Counted from the first letter of the stretch, positions 8,307 to 18,860 are shown. The stretch: 41,107 nucleotides of DNA from Candidatus Sigynarchaeum calidifontis (GCA_030587475.2 JAUQYZ020000173.1:1-41107); one strand, 5' to 3'. Translations and numbers: made by a program. Notes: generated by a model not told the origin, from the sequence alone.

Positions 8307-9446
8307 ATGGCTTTTGGTTCGGAAATGGGTGTCCAGGACGGCAAGCTCGCCGGAACGGCAAGGATTGCCCTTGCGATGCAACGAGAGCCATCCTTGCTCG
8401 TTCGCGTCATGCACGAGCTAAGTAGATCCGAGGAAGCCTTTCCAGACTTGCTTTCTTGCGAGGACATCCATTCCAACGAGAGCGTGATCTCGATTCGTGA
8501 CGTGAAGCCTAAAGTGCTCGATTACCATCTCCACGCCCTCCCGGCAGTCAAGACGGTTCTCGACGAGATCAAGGGCGTGTTACCATGGGCGTGCTTGCCA
8601 TGCGCCAGCACGATGCTCACGCTCTCGCGTGGTTTCTTTCCGAAGCTCTACATGCCGAATCCGCTCTACGCTTTCTTGGCCATGTCGACGGAGCGCGCTC
8701 TCCACGCGAGCATCAATACATCTCGCCGGGTCGAAGACCTCGTCGTGCGAGCCATCACGATGCTGCAAGACGTGCAAGAGGCGGTCGAATCGCTCTGGCG
8801 GGTCAGATTTTCAAAGATATCCATAAAATTCGGCCCCGTGGCCACGCCCGATCTCCTCGCCAGCATCTCCGCGTATGACGACATGGTCGTTTTCCATCCT
8901 TTTGCCCCGCTCGCGCATTGCTGGCCGGGGATCGCGGCTACTGCCTTGAGCCGTCTCCTCCTTCAGAAACATTATCCCAAGCTCGACGAGCGCGTGAAAG
9001 ACCAGCTCTCCATCTTGACAAGCCTCGCCACATTCGGGCTCCCGCTCTTGCTTCCCGGATATTGCTATGGCATTCTTTCTCGCCATCCCGTCGACCATGC
9101 ACAATACCAGGTCGAGAGCATCGCGAAGGATCTTGCCTTGTGCGGCGAGTTCGACCGCCGGCTCTTGCACTTCTTCCCCGCTGCCAGCATGAACGACAAC
9201 TACAGCATCGATATGATCGGGTCGATCATCACGCTCATCATCGATGACAACGTCGACGAGCGTGACCTCTTTGCACGGATCAGTGCATCGAGTGCCGGCT
9301 ACCGTCCGTTCGATCTGAGCTTTACATTATTTCAAAATGCCCTTGCATTTCTGGAAAAAGAGAAGATCATCAAAAGGGACGAGGAACACGACCAGGTCAT
9401 CGTGATCGATGAAATGGTCGAGGCAAGTTTGCGCCGCGTTACTTGA
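8307..9446 (+). CDS. Hypothetical protein (possible C-terminal winged helix)
   Basis: 379-aa ORF with genome-typical codon usage; C-terminal FQNALAFLEKEKIIKRDE is wHTH-like. Confidence 0.65.
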   Translation: MAFGSEMGVQDGKLAGTARIALAMQREPSLLVRVMHELSRSEEAFPDLLSCEDIHSNESVISIRDVKPKVLDYHLHALPAVKTVLDEIKGVLPWACLPCASTMLTLSRGFFPKLYMPNPLYAFLAMSTERALHASINTSRRVEDLVVRAITMLQDVQEAVESLWRVRFSKISIKFGPVATPDLLASISAYDDMVVFHPFAPLAHCWPGIAATALSRLLLQKHYPKLDERVKDQLSILTSLATFGLPLLLPGYCYGILSRHPVDHAQYQVESIAKDLALCGEFDRRLLHFFPAASMNDNYSIDMIGSIITLIIDDNVDERDLFARISASSAGYRPFDLSFTLFQNALAFLEKEKIIKRDEEHDQVIVIDEMVEASLRRVT

Positions 9447-9774
9447 GCGCCCCGTACTCGCGGCGTAGCAGCGCGGCGTTCAAGCTCGCGAGCACCTCCG
9501 GGTCCACGAACCCTTCTGGGCCAGACAAGGAAGAATAGCCGAGGACGACCGCTTTCGTTTCCATGTCCATGTGCACGCTCACGTCGAACTCGTGGCAATT
9601 GTCGCAAAATGCGAAGATGGACTCTGGTTGTCGGTCGATTTTCAAGGTGCCTTGGCATAGCGGGCAGATCCTCTCGCTGAGGTACGGGATGACGCGCTTC
9701 ACGGACGCGTCGTTCAGGTCCTGGAGGCTCGCGCGGGGGATGAGGGGCAGCTGGGGTGCGTGCAGCTCGATCAT
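9439..9774 (-). CDS. Hypothetical zinc-ribbon protein
   Basis: CPLC...CDNC; convergent 8-bp overlap with the upstream ORF. Confidence 0.6.
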   Translation of the reverse strand: MIELHAPQLPLIPRASLQDLNDASVKRVIPYLSERICPLCQGTLKIDRQPESIFAFCDNCHEFDVSVHMDMETKAVVLGYSSLSGPEGFVDPEVLASLNAALLRREYGALK

Positions 9775-9959
9775 GTTGGCATCACGCGGTGGAAGGCTGG
9801 ATGCTCCTTCACGCCACCACTACATTCCTCCATGCCTTCATATGTGGGGACATTATCCCCGTATCCCGCCCGGCATCCGCCCGCGAGCAAGAGATAGGGG
9901 CTATATACCAAGTAAAAAACAAGAAAGCAAAGCGCGGGGGTATACCGACGCGCCGCGGA

Positions 9960-11159
9960 TCAGATGATCACGTCGTAATCCGCGTCAACGTACGCCTTGT
10001 AGTTCTCGATAAATGCGCAAAGCTTATCCACGTCCGGCGAGATGCCGGTGCGGACAAAATAGGCGGTGCATGCGTTCGCGAGGATCATTGCCTCGTCCGG
10101 GGCGAACAAGCCGGAAGCGAGGGCGATCAGCCCGCCTGCATTGAAATGATCCCCCGCCGCAGTCGTGAAACGGGGCTTGGACGTGAAGCCTTCCTTCACG
10201 TGCCACGTGTCCATCTTGGTGGAGATCGTCGCGAAGTGGGGGTGGTGGATGATGAGAGCATGGATGTCGAACCGAGCCATCATTTTTTCGCCCGCGCGAT
10301 AATAATCCTCGAACCTTTCGATCTTGCACGTGTTAGGGAAGGCATTTGCGACCTGGATGGCCTCCTTGTCGTTGAGCGAGAGCACGACCTTCATACCTTT
10401 GATCTTGTTGATGGCCTCGAGTTGCACCATCATCTCGGCGAGTTGCTGGGGCGGGCGCTTGGACATGTCCGCCGGGTCGACGAAGAAATAGCGCTCCTTG
10501 GGTGTCAGGGACGGGAACACCTCGTCGATCCACGCTGCCCATATCTCGTTGAGATGCGGCACCAGGGACCAGTGCCCCTGGCCGATGGCATCGGCCTTGT
10601 CAAACAGGTCAAGCAATTTCTCCTTCCCGATCTTTCGCTTGATGAGATCCCACGTCACGTTGTTGATCGGGGCAAAATCCGTGATCATGACCTTTCCGTC
10701 GTTGAATTCGAGAGCGCACGTGGCACCTGGTTCGGAAAGGGAGTGGAAAGAAACCGTTTTGGGCAAGCTATTCGTGAAGATCTCGTCCGGGTTTCCGATG
10801 CAGCCGATCAAGTCGACCTTGGCGCCGAGTGACCCGAGCGCGCGGGCGATGTTCGGGCCGAAACCGCCGCCGATGTGTTTCTTGAGCACGCGCTCGATGT
10901 TGCAGCTGGAGCCGGCTGTATCCAAAACCTTCTTGCCAAATTCCGACATTGATGACATTACCGTGAAGCGTTCCACGTTTTCACGTTTAGACACGAGAGA
11001 ATACAATGAATCAACGTAACCATCCACGCCGACGCACGCGCGGGCCTGGTTGAACCTGGCCCCCAGCGCCTCGCGGTCGGCCACCTTCCGTTTCACGCGA
11101 TCGAGGGCCTTCCACGTGGCATCCTTTCCCAGCGCTTCCGGGTATTTCGTGTACTCCAT
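9960..11159 (-). CDS. PfkB/ribokinase-family carbohydrate kinase-like protein
   Basis: GGGFGPNIARALGSLG, SLNDKEA and C-terminal TTAAGDHFNAG signature. Confidence 0.85.
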   Translation of the reverse strand: MEYTKYPEALGKDATWKALDRVKRKVADREALGARFNQARACVGVDGYVDSLYSLVSKRENVERFTVMSSMSEFGKKVLDTAGSSCNIERVLKKHIGGGFGPNIARALGSLGAKVDLIGCIGNPDEIFTNSLPKTVSFHSLSEPGATCALEFNDGKVMITDFAPINNVTWDLIKRKIGKEKLLDLFDKADAIGQGHWSLVPHLNEIWAAWIDEVFPSLTPKERYFFVDPADMSKRPPQQLAEMMVQLEAINKIKGMKVVLSLNDKEAIQVANAFPNTCKIERFEDYYRAGEKMMARFDIHALIIHHPHFATISTKMDTWHVKEGFTSKPRFTTAAGDHFNAGGLIALASGLFAPDEAMILANACTAYFVRTGISPDVDKLCAFIENYKAYVDADYDVII

Positions 11160-11174
11160 GCAACTCACTTTGCT

Positions 11175-11927
11175 TTATGTCTTTTTCTCGAGGGAAGGGA
11201 TATACTTCCCGATAAAACTCTCGATCTCCTGGATCACGGCAGAGGGGTTTTCGAGCACGATGAAATCACCACCATCCATCTGGACGACGCGTGACTTCGG
11301 TATGCGACCGACCGTCCCCTCGCAATCCTTGAAAGTGACGAAGTTGTTGTCCTTTCCGATGATGAGATCGACGGGCGTCTCGACGTACTCCGTTTTTGTG
11401 GACATGTCGATGGATGAAATTTCCTTCAACCACGATTCGATGAGCACTTGCTTTTTCTCGAACTGCTCTTTCAAGGCCATCTTGTCTACCATCTTCAGCT
11501 TGGTGCTATCGATGAGGCTTTTATAAAGCTGCTTGTATTTTGCCTTCATCTTGAACTTGTCGGCGATGTTGAGGGCGATGATGCCCTTGCAGTGAAGAAG
11601 ATCGTCGATATCCGCTTGAAGTGCCGCCAAAGCGCCTGCATTATCTGCGATGATGTACATGTCGAGTTTTATATTGAGTTGTTCGATTATGGCTTTCAAT
11701 TCTTTTGCGAGGATACTCGGGGCGAAGTTTGATGTAACGTTGAGCCGGCTCTCGCCAAACCCCTTCCAATCGAATCGATAGCACTTGAATCGACTGCTGA
11801 AATGGTCGACGAGTGGTTTCCAGATGGTGAAGTCGGTGCCGATACCGTGGACGAACAGCATGGCACAATCACCTTGCCCCTGAACATCAAAAGATATCTC
11901 GTTCGCTGCGATGACGATGATGGGCAT
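11175..11927 (-). CDS. Alpha/beta hydrolase-fold protein with degenerate catalytic residues
   Basis: FVHGIG...W, FDWKGFGES present; nucleophile elbow reads ADNAGA, and the His position reads GGDF. Confidence 0.8.
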   Translation of the reverse strand: MPIIVIAANEISFDVQGQGDCAMLFVHGIGTDFTIWKPLVDHFSSRFKCYRFDWKGFGESRLNVTSNFAPSILAKELKAIIEQLNIKLDMYIIADNAGALAALQADIDDLLHCKGIIALNIADKFKMKAKYKQLYKSLIDSTKLKMVDKMALKEQFEKKQVLIESWLKEISSIDMSTKTEYVETPVDLIIGKDNNFVTFKDCEGTVGRIPKSRVVQMDGGDFIVLENPSAVIQEIESFIGKYIPSLEKKT

Positions 11928-12016
11928 GATTCACTAAGGCCTCTTGGTGGTTGCGCTGGGAAAGAGCGCAACAATCGCTTTCATTTCCACTCCTAATGAT
12001 ATAAATCTCGCGCGTT

Positions 12017-12457
12017 TCACTTGTCTGGCACGTTGACTTGAAATGGTATGCCGATGACCTTGCCTTCGAGCACTTTTTCGCCGCGTTCGTTGAAGCAAGA
12101 CATGGAAAACGTGACGCGCTTGCGTTCCCTATCAACGGCCGTCACGGTGCCGACGGCAGTAATCTCCTCGTCGAAATACACGGGCTTGAGGAACGAGAAC
12201 GACATGCTCTCGGCAAGATACCCTGGTCCTGGGAAGATGTCGCCTCCAAAGTGGCAGATCATGCCACCAACGAGCATCCCGTGGGCGATCGGTTTCTTGA
12301 AACGCGTGTGCTTTATGAACTCGTTATCATAATGGAATAGATTGTGATCTCCTATCAAGTCTCCCATCATCCGCGTCTCCTCGGCGGTGAAGCGCCGCTT
12401 GAACGTTCGCTGCATGCCCACGGCGAACTCGTCAATGGATCGGCCGATGCATCCCAT
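12017..12457 (-). CDS. MaoC/PhaJ-family (R)-specific enoyl-CoA hydratase (hotdog fold)
   Basis: GDHNLFHYDNEF, PIAHGML, FPGPG, FLKPVYF; start set at MGCIGRSIDE to avoid overlapping the divergent gene. Confidence 0.9.
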   Translation of the reverse strand: MGCIGRSIDEFAVGMQRTFKRRFTAEETRMMGDLIGDHNLFHYDNEFIKHTRFKKPIAHGMLVGGMICHFGGDIFPGPGYLAESMSFSFLKPVYFDEEITAVGTVTAVDRERKRVTFSMSCFNERGEKVLEGKVIGIPFQVNVPDK

Positions 12458-12503
12458 GATCATCACGATGGCAATAGGTACTTGAATCGGCGGGACCTTT
12501 TCA

Positions 12504-13307
12504 ATGTCGATGGACGCAACTTGCCAATTTCCCGCGTACTTGACCATCGACGACGCTCCGTCGAGGGACAGCGCACGGAAGCTGGACATTCTGGAAGCAC
12601 GTGGTATCAAGGCCATCTGGTTCTGCCGTGGCGAGTATCTCGATCAGCTGCCCGAGGTCGCGGTGGATATCATCCGGAAAGGCCACGTCATCGGGAACCA
12701 CTCGTGGAACCATCCATCATTCTCGAAAATGCGACTCTCGAAAGCGAGGGCGCAGATCCAACGGACCGAGGCCCAGATCGATCTCGCGTATTCCCGTGCC
12801 GGCGTTTCCAGGCCTGTCAAGATGTTCCGGTTCCCATGGGGAGACAAGGGCGCGGGAACGCATCTCGAGCGCCCGATCGAGGCAGTCGACGCAATGCGAG
12901 TCCGGGACTTGCAAGCCGTGCTACGCGAGTTCGGCTTCGTGCAGCCCGCGTTCGAACAAGTCGACCTCCCCCATTATCCATCGTATGACTTGTCAAGGGA
13001 TGCAGACACGTGGTTCACGTTCGATGCCATGGAATGGGTATTGGTGAGCCGAAAGCCCAAGGATGGCATCGACAGCCTCGATTCGGTCCTGGCCCGGATC
13101 GATGCACATTTCCAGGCAAAGCAAGCCAATCCAGTGAGACGTGGTCGGGGTGAAATCATCGTCGTTCACGATTTCGAGACGACAGCAAGTACGTTCGCGC
13201 CCATCATCGATCGCCTTTTTGCAAACGGTGCCAGGTTCTCGTTACCATCATTTTCTATCAATGCCGCGAAAAAAATCGTCAAAAAAGAAATAAAAAATGA
13301 TGGCTGA
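12504..13307 (+). CDS. Polysaccharide deacetylase (CE4/NodB)
   Basis: LTIDDAP, GNHSWNHP, FRFPWG, IIVVHD motifs. Confidence 0.9.
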   Translation: MSMDATCQFPAYLTIDDAPSRDSARKLDILEARGIKAIWFCRGEYLDQLPEVAVDIIRKGHVIGNHSWNHPSFSKMRLSKARAQIQRTEAQIDLAYSRAGVSRPVKMFRFPWGDKGAGTHLERPIEAVDAMRVRDLQAVLREFGFVQPAFEQVDLPHYPSYDLSRDADTWFTFDAMEWVLVSRKPKDGIDSLDSVLARIDAHFQAKQANPVRRGRGEIIVVHDFETTASTFAPIIDRLFANGARFSLPSFSINAAKKIVKKEIKNDG

Positions 13308-13319
13308 AGCTGGTGGGAT

Positions 13320-13700
13320 TCACGCGACCACATTTGCGAGGATCACGCGTGGCCTGGTGTCAATCCTGCGCGAGGGGGTATAACCAAGGATGGTCGTGAT
13401 GATCTCGGCCTCGACCGCGGGAGGGATGGCGGGGATAAAATCTTTCCTGTAAAATTCCGTGAATTCGCGCCAGGCATGTATATCGGGTATGGATTGCTCG
13501 TCTACGATGGTGCAACCCTTGTATTCGTAGACACCGGTCCTCGGGTACTTGATCACGTGCACGAGGCACATGCCACCCGGGCAAAACACGATCCCGCCTG
13601 GTTCTATGGCGCCGGTAGCATCGTCTATCGTGGAGGGCCTGATCGTGGCGCGGGCGAAGCCTTGCTCGATCCCGTCAGCAAGAAAGCAGGTTTCGGGCAT
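13320..13700 (-). CDS. Hypothetical protein
   Basis: 126-aa ORF filling the gap; no recognisable motif. Confidence 0.45.
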   Translation of the reverse strand: MPETCFLADGIEQGFARATIRPSTIDDATGAIEPGGIVFCPGGMCLVHVIKYPRTGVYEYKGCTIVDEQSIPDIHAWREFTEFYRKDFIPAIPPAVEAEIITTILGYTPSRRIDTRPRVILANVVA

Positions 13701-14049
13701 ACCCTTCTTGCATGTTGACGGGGATTATAAACGACGAGGATAGCTATTGCGATTCATCCAACTTCGGCACGCGCTCTGGCAATGCCGAATCGTATCGCTG
13801 CACGCGATTCACGATAGCTCGCTTGAAGTATTTAATACCCAAGCGATCGTGTAAAAAATATTTACCGCGACGAGTAGAACCACTAATATAACTAAAATCC
13901 CTTTTTTTTGCGATTGTATGCAAGATATATCAAGATAAGAAGGATTGCAGAAGCGTTCGTTTGAACGATCTTTCCGAAATAGACCATGCTCCTCCCTCGT
14001 GAAAAAAATTATCCTATTCTGTCTTTTATAATCCGGGATCAAATAGTGA

Positions 14050-14964
14050 TTAGAAAAAGTCCTGGAATTCCTTGATGCGGGAGCGAAGAGTAACTTCCGT
14101 GATGCCACAAGCGATGGCAACGTGCTTTTGCGGCTTGTTCTCCCCCGTCTTCTTGGTCGCCAGGTAGATGGCAGCGGCAATTATGCCCTTGGGATCCTTG
14201 CCCGTGACGTTCTTGCAACTCTCGAACGCGGCGAGCATCTTCTCGGCAACGCTTTGTGACTCCGCCGATATGCCAATGGCGCTAGCATAGCGAGGCAAGA
14301 GTGCCACGGCGTTGATCTTGGGAACTCTAATGCCGAGCTCGTTGATGAGCACGCGGTAGCATATGCGGATGTCGCGGTCGGTCGTGTTCGGCATTTCGCC
14401 GTAGACCTCGTTCACGGAGCGCGGGATCTTGCTCATCCGGCAAGCGATGTACACGCAAGCCCCGACGAATCCGTTGATTGACCGGCCACGGAGCACGTTG
14501 AGCTTCTGGACCTTTTTATAGATGGTCGCTGCGGTCTCGGCCACGACACGTGGCAGGGCCAAGTTCGTGCAAACGCGCTTGATCTCGTTGATGGCGATGA
14601 GGAGATTCTTTTTTTCCCACGACAGGCGCGAGTTCCACTTGACTGCCCGCTTCAGCTGGGCACTGCTGTTCTTGTCGGTGGCGTGGACGACGGTCGTCCA
14701 ACTGATATCTGATAGAACCGAGATGGGGCTGCCGTTATGCTTCCGGTTCTCTACCTCTTCTGCGGTGAAGGCACGCTTCTCTTGCGAAAAGTCGAAGGAG
14801 CCCTCCTCCACCACGGCGCCGCATACAGAGCAGATCAACTCTCCCCTGTGCATGTCCTCGATCAAGTTCTTGCCACCGCACTCGGGGCAAGCACTGGCGT
14901 CTTTCACGACCAGTACCTTCTCCATTACTCTGGTAGCTGAATGTTCCGCTTGCATGTCCACCAC
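14050..14964 (-). CDS. tfb: Transcription initiation factor IIB (TFB)
   Basis: CPECGG...GELICSVCG Zn ribbon, EKRAF B-reader, two cyclin repeats (LRGRSING, GKDPKGIIAAAIY, GITEVTLRSR). Confidence 0.96.
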   Translation of the reverse strand: MVDMQAEHSATRVMEKVLVVKDASACPECGGKNLIEDMHRGELICSVCGAVVEEGSFDFSQEKRAFTAEEVENRKHNGSPISVLSDISWTTVVHATDKNSSAQLKRAVKWNSRLSWEKKNLLIAINEIKRVCTNLALPRVVAETAATIYKKVQKLNVLRGRSINGFVGACVYIACRMSKIPRSVNEVYGEMPNTTDRDIRICYRVLINELGIRVPKINAVALLPRYASAIGISAESQSVAEKMLAAFESCKNVTGKDPKGIIAAAIYLATKKTGENKPQKHVAIACGITEVTLRSRIKEFQDFF

Positions 14965-15473
14965 GCAATGTTTTTGTTATTGATTAAACTTCAGCACGGG
15001 GGGAAATGGGTTCGATGCGCATGTAGCATCGTGCGTTTATACTGCATATGTGGATCATTTATATGTGGTCAGATGCGATTCATGTGGTTCCCACGCCATG
15101 GTAGCGATTAGACCGAAACGATGCATTCCACTCGATATGCCGCAGAGGAGCATATGAGGGTATCCGGGACCGGTTGTTGGCATTTGCCTCCGTTCTCACT
15201 AGATCCGGTCTGCACAGGAAAGATCAAGACGTGCATGATGGAGAAATAAGTTTGAAGCGAAGGCTCGCTCCCACGCGTGCTGTCCGAAAACGGAGGGATC
15301 GTTGAGGGAGTTGTTGTTGAGGAGATGAGGTGATTCTTTGGGAAGGAAGATTGGACTGGTAAAGCTGGTTCATGACAGCAATCCCGCGTAGGAGGGAGTC
15401 ATCATTTAGTTGTACGGCCAGACGCAGATTTGAACCCGCATCATCCAAAAGTGGACAATTCGTAGATCAAACT

Positions 15474-16115
15474 ATGAAATTCGAATGCAGCGGGTGCGCC
15501 ACCCCTTGCTGCGCCCTTCGGGAGGGCGAGGAAAAGAAAATCATGCTCTTTCCAGAGGAGGTCGCGTTTCTCGAGCGCCAAGCGATCGAGCTTGACCAGC
15601 GTTTCGCCGTGTTGGAGGACTTGATCTTCCCGGATGTCAAGAACAAGATTATCCTCGTGGGATCCTATCGGCTTTACCTCGAGATTTTACCTTCGAAATC
15701 TTGCGGCTTCATGCGGCAAGAAAACCACTGGTGCCGGATACAAGAACTGCTTGGCCTCGAGCAGAAGCCACTCGTGTGCCAAGCCTACCCGATCGCGATC
15801 AAGACCGTCGATGCCACGACCAAGGAATATTTTCTCGACACGGGCTGCCCGTTCATCGAGCAAAACGTCACCGCCTACGCGCGCATGAAGGATCTCAGGA
15901 CCGTCGCCGAGGTCGAGGGTTTCTTGCGGGAGAACTTCCCCGCCGAGTTCCGGGCGGCGAACCAGATCGTGAACCGGCTCGCATGGATCCCGCTGCGGCT
16001 CCGCCAGCTCGAGCAAGAGGGGAAGATCCATGTTCCGGACGATTTTTCGGCTGAGCAATGGGCCGAAGCACTCCCGTCGTGGAATCGGATCGACTTGATC
16101 CCCGGCAACGACTAA
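15474..16115 (+). CDS. YkgJ-family (CxxCxxCC) Zn/Fe-cluster protein
   Basis: MKFECSGCATPCC...CGF...CRI...KPLVCQAYP...CP. Confidence 0.85.
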   Translation: MKFECSGCATPCCALREGEEKKIMLFPEEVAFLERQAIELDQRFAVLEDLIFPDVKNKIILVGSYRLYLEILPSKSCGFMRQENHWCRIQELLGLEQKPLVCQAYPIAIKTVDATTKEYFLDTGCPFIEQNVTAYARMKDLRTVAEVEGFLRENFPAEFRAANQIVNRLAWIPLRLRQLEQEGKIHVPDDFSAEQWAEALPSWNRIDLIPGND

Positions 16116-16146
16116 AAAAAAAGATATCACGTCGGGTTCATGGTTT

Positions 16147-17229
16147 TCAACACACGCGCGGGATCGGTTCCCCCAGCGGCATGGCCAGGATCCTGGTTCC
16201 GCCGACACGCGTCCGCAAGAACACTTTCCCTGGCTTTTCCCCTGCAGTGTGCCCGATAAGAGCTGCGTCCTTACCTTCCGGCAGCTGCCGGAGCTCCGCG
16301 ACGAGAGCATCGCCTTGGCCACCCGGGACGGCGATGACGGCCCGTCCCTCGGATGCTAGTTCGTACGGGCTCAGCCCGAGCATTTCACAAGCGGCGACTG
16401 TCGCTTTTTGGAACGGGATCTTGTCCTCGTCTATCCAGATGCTCACGCGAGATTTGGCTGCTATCTCGTTCAGCGCGACCGCGAGCCCGCCGCGGGTCGG
16501 GTCGGTCATGGCGCGTGGCTTGAACTTCCGCGCTATATTGACCACGTTTGCCAACACTTGCACGTCGGATACCAGCTCGGTCTCAAACGAGAGCCCCTCA
16601 CGAACCGCGAGCAGCGCGGTGCCATGATCCCCCAGCGTCCCGGTGACGAGTATGTCGTCCCCCGGCTGCACGCCGTTGTCCACGATGACATCCCCCCTCT
16701 TCGCGATACCGATCCCGGTCGTGACACTGACGACGCCCCTCAAGGTTCCCCTGGGCATGACCTTCGTGTCGCCGGCGATGATCGCGATACCCCAGTCGTT
16801 CGCCGTCGATACGAGCGAGTCGTTGATGCGCTTGAGTTCCTTGATCGGGAACCCCTCCTCGACGATGATCGCGTGCGTGAGGGCTACCGGATCTGCGTTC
16901 ATCATGAGTAAATCGTTCAAGGTGCCGCAAACAGCCAATTTACCAAGGTCACCACCGGGGAAGAATATGGGGTCGACGGTGTGCCCGTCCGTGGTAACGA
17001 CTACCACCCGATCCGTACCCGGTATCGGCACGGTCGCGCCATCGTCCATCTCGACAAGCCCGATCCCGCCATGAACGTTTTTCTTGGCAATGTTCTTGAT
17101 GAGAAATTCTATAAGATCCTTCGTCATCAAGCCACCCGCGCCGTGCGCGAGCGTGACCGATCCCGCCTCGTCGATCGATCCTCCATGTGAACCCGTGTTG
17201 CTCGTCATCCCTTGCATCTCGGCATTCAA
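16147..17229 (-). CDS. hypE: Hydrogenase maturation protein HypE
   Basis: VTLAHGAGG, DDGA, TTDGHTVDPIFFPGGDLGKLAVCGT, GDTKV, DPTRGG and C-terminal PRVC. Confidence 0.97.
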   Translation of the reverse strand: MNAEMQGMTSNTGSHGGSIDEAGSVTLAHGAGGLMTKDLIEFLIKNIAKKNVHGGIGLVEMDDGATVPIPGTDRVVVVTTDGHTVDPIFFPGGDLGKLAVCGTLNDLLMMNADPVALTHAIIVEEGFPIKELKRINDSLVSTANDWGIAIIAGDTKVMPRGTLRGVVSVTTGIGIAKRGDVIVDNGVQPGDDILVTGTLGDHGTALLAVREGLSFETELVSDVQVLANVVNIARKFKPRAMTDPTRGGLAVALNEIAAKSRVSIWIDEDKIPFQKATVAACEMLGLSPYELASEGRAVIAVPGGQGDALVAELRQLPEGKDAALIGHTAGEKPGKVFLRTRVGGTRILAMPLGEPIPRVC

Positions 17230-17395
17230 TCGGTACTATCGAACATCGTGTTGTCGTGAGGCGCCGCATTTCTTGTTTTTCGTGGCGCGCGCACACGAGC
17301 ACGGGATTGGCATGGCGAATGAGGGGCTAGCAGCTTATTTTTATTCCCACCCCGCGCGGGAATACATATCAAATATACATCTATAGTGGCCTACC

Positions 17396-18802
17396 ATGAG
17401 TTCATCCGCCCCTTATTCCAAGGACGTTATTTTCTATGCAGTGAGCCTCGTCGGCGTGGCCGTCGCCGTCATTTTATTATCATGGTTCCTCGGAATCATG
17501 TGGTACTCGCTCTTCATGATCCACATCGCGTTGACCATCGCCATCTGGGTCGTCTACGGGATTATGTGCATCTATTGCGTGTACCTCGCCTACCGCGTGG
17601 TCGGGTACTTGCGATCACGTCCGGTCAAGGACGTCTCGGCGATGAAGCACTACATCCTTCCGGCCATCATCATCCTCGCAGCGGTCGTCACGCCATTCAT
17701 CGCCTTGAAGGCACCGTCGTGGATCGAGCACGATATGGCACCGCACCTCTCGTTCGGGAGCGACCCCGCGCGCAACGTCACCATCACGTGGTATTCGACC
17801 AGCAGCTACGTCGGCAAGGTTATGTACGGCACGAATCCCGCGGATTTAAACCGGACCGTGCAAGACCCGGCGGCCACGAAGCAACACGCGATCCCCCTCG
17901 CCTCATTGTCCCCCGGCACGCGATATTATTACCAGATCGACGGCTTCAGCGGGACCCGGAGCTTCAGGACTGCAAACGAGACCACGAACATGACCCGGTT
18001 CGTCGCATTTTCCGACATCCATAGCATGTTCTATCCAGCCATGACGCCCGCCATCACGGCGCTCGATCCCGACTTCGTGCTCGCGGTCGGCGACCTCACC
18101 GATTATGGTGCGTCAAACGAGGACTGGCACAAGTATTTCGAGCTGACGAAGCAAATCGCAATGAACCATTCCGTCATGACAGCGATCGGCAACCACGACT
18201 CGATGTTCTTCGGCGATGGTAATTACTTGAAGTACTTGACTATGCCCAAAGCATCAACCGGCTCGGAGAAGTATTATTATTTCAAGTACAACGGCGTGCA
18301 TTTCATCTGCTTGGATCTGGAATGGGGGCTCGAATCATATGACGCTGCCCAGAAAGCATGGTTTCTCTCCACCATCGTTAGTATCCGGGCGACAGACCCC
18401 ACTGGCTGGCTCGTCGTGTACGACCACTGCATGCACGTTTCGTCAGGCGGATTCGGCAATGCCACGGGCGACTTGCTCAAGCTGTACAACACGGCAGGAA
18501 ATGTTATGGCCGAGTTCCACCAGACCTTCGTTGATTACGGGGTTAATCTCGTCATCTCCGGCCACGACCACCACTTCGAGGTCTCCAATTGGGACGGCGT
18601 CGTCTACGCGATAGTGGGCACGGCGAACACGCGGCTGGATCCCGCCTCCCCGGCGAACAACACGTGCTCGGTTTTCTATGAACCTGGGTATTCCGGGTTC
18701 ACCGAGATCACCATCAACGGCAACACGTGCACGATTGCCGGGCACTTGTACACGGCGGGGGGTTCGTTGATGGCGCCTTTTACTTACTCGTTTTTAGGCT
18801 AA
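17396..18802 (+). CDS. Membrane-anchored purple acid phosphatase-like metallophosphoesterase with FN3-like domain
   Basis: Three N-terminal TM helices; LSPGTRYYY; SDIH, GDLTD, GNHD, GHDH motifs. Confidence 0.9.
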   Translation: MSSSAPYSKDVIFYAVSLVGVAVAVILLSWFLGIMWYSLFMIHIALTIAIWVVYGIMCIYCVYLAYRVVGYLRSRPVKDVSAMKHYILPAIIILAAVVTPFIALKAPSWIEHDMAPHLSFGSDPARNVTITWYSTSSYVGKVMYGTNPADLNRTVQDPAATKQHAIPLASLSPGTRYYYQIDGFSGTRSFRTANETTNMTRFVAFSDIHSMFYPAMTPAITALDPDFVLAVGDLTDYGASNEDWHKYFELTKQIAMNHSVMTAIGNHDSMFFGDGNYLKYLTMPKASTGSEKYYYFKYNGVHFICLDLEWGLESYDAAQKAWFLSTIVSIRATDPTGWLVVYDHCMHVSSGGFGNATGDLLKLYNTAGNVMAEFHQTFVDYGVNLVISGHDHHFEVSNWDGVVYAIVGTANTRLDPASPANNTCSVFYEPGYSGFTEITINGNTCTIAGHLYTAGGSLMAPFTYSFLG

Positions 18803-18860
18803 TTTTTTTTTTGATATTACTTTCTCGTTCACTTTTTCTAACAATTAAACTTTACTTTTT
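18803..18860 (+). terminator. Oligo-T tracts (archaeal-type terminator) between convergent genes
   Basis: T9 immediately after TAA plus further T-runs; an A8 run near 18893 serves the opposite strand. Confidence 0.5.

Noticed and set aside
14965-15473. ncRNA or tRNA in the long tfb/ykgJ intergenic region (also 4443-5063 and 19876-20266)
   Set aside because: No cloverleaf or recognisable structured RNA motif was seen by eye; an Infernal search would be needed.
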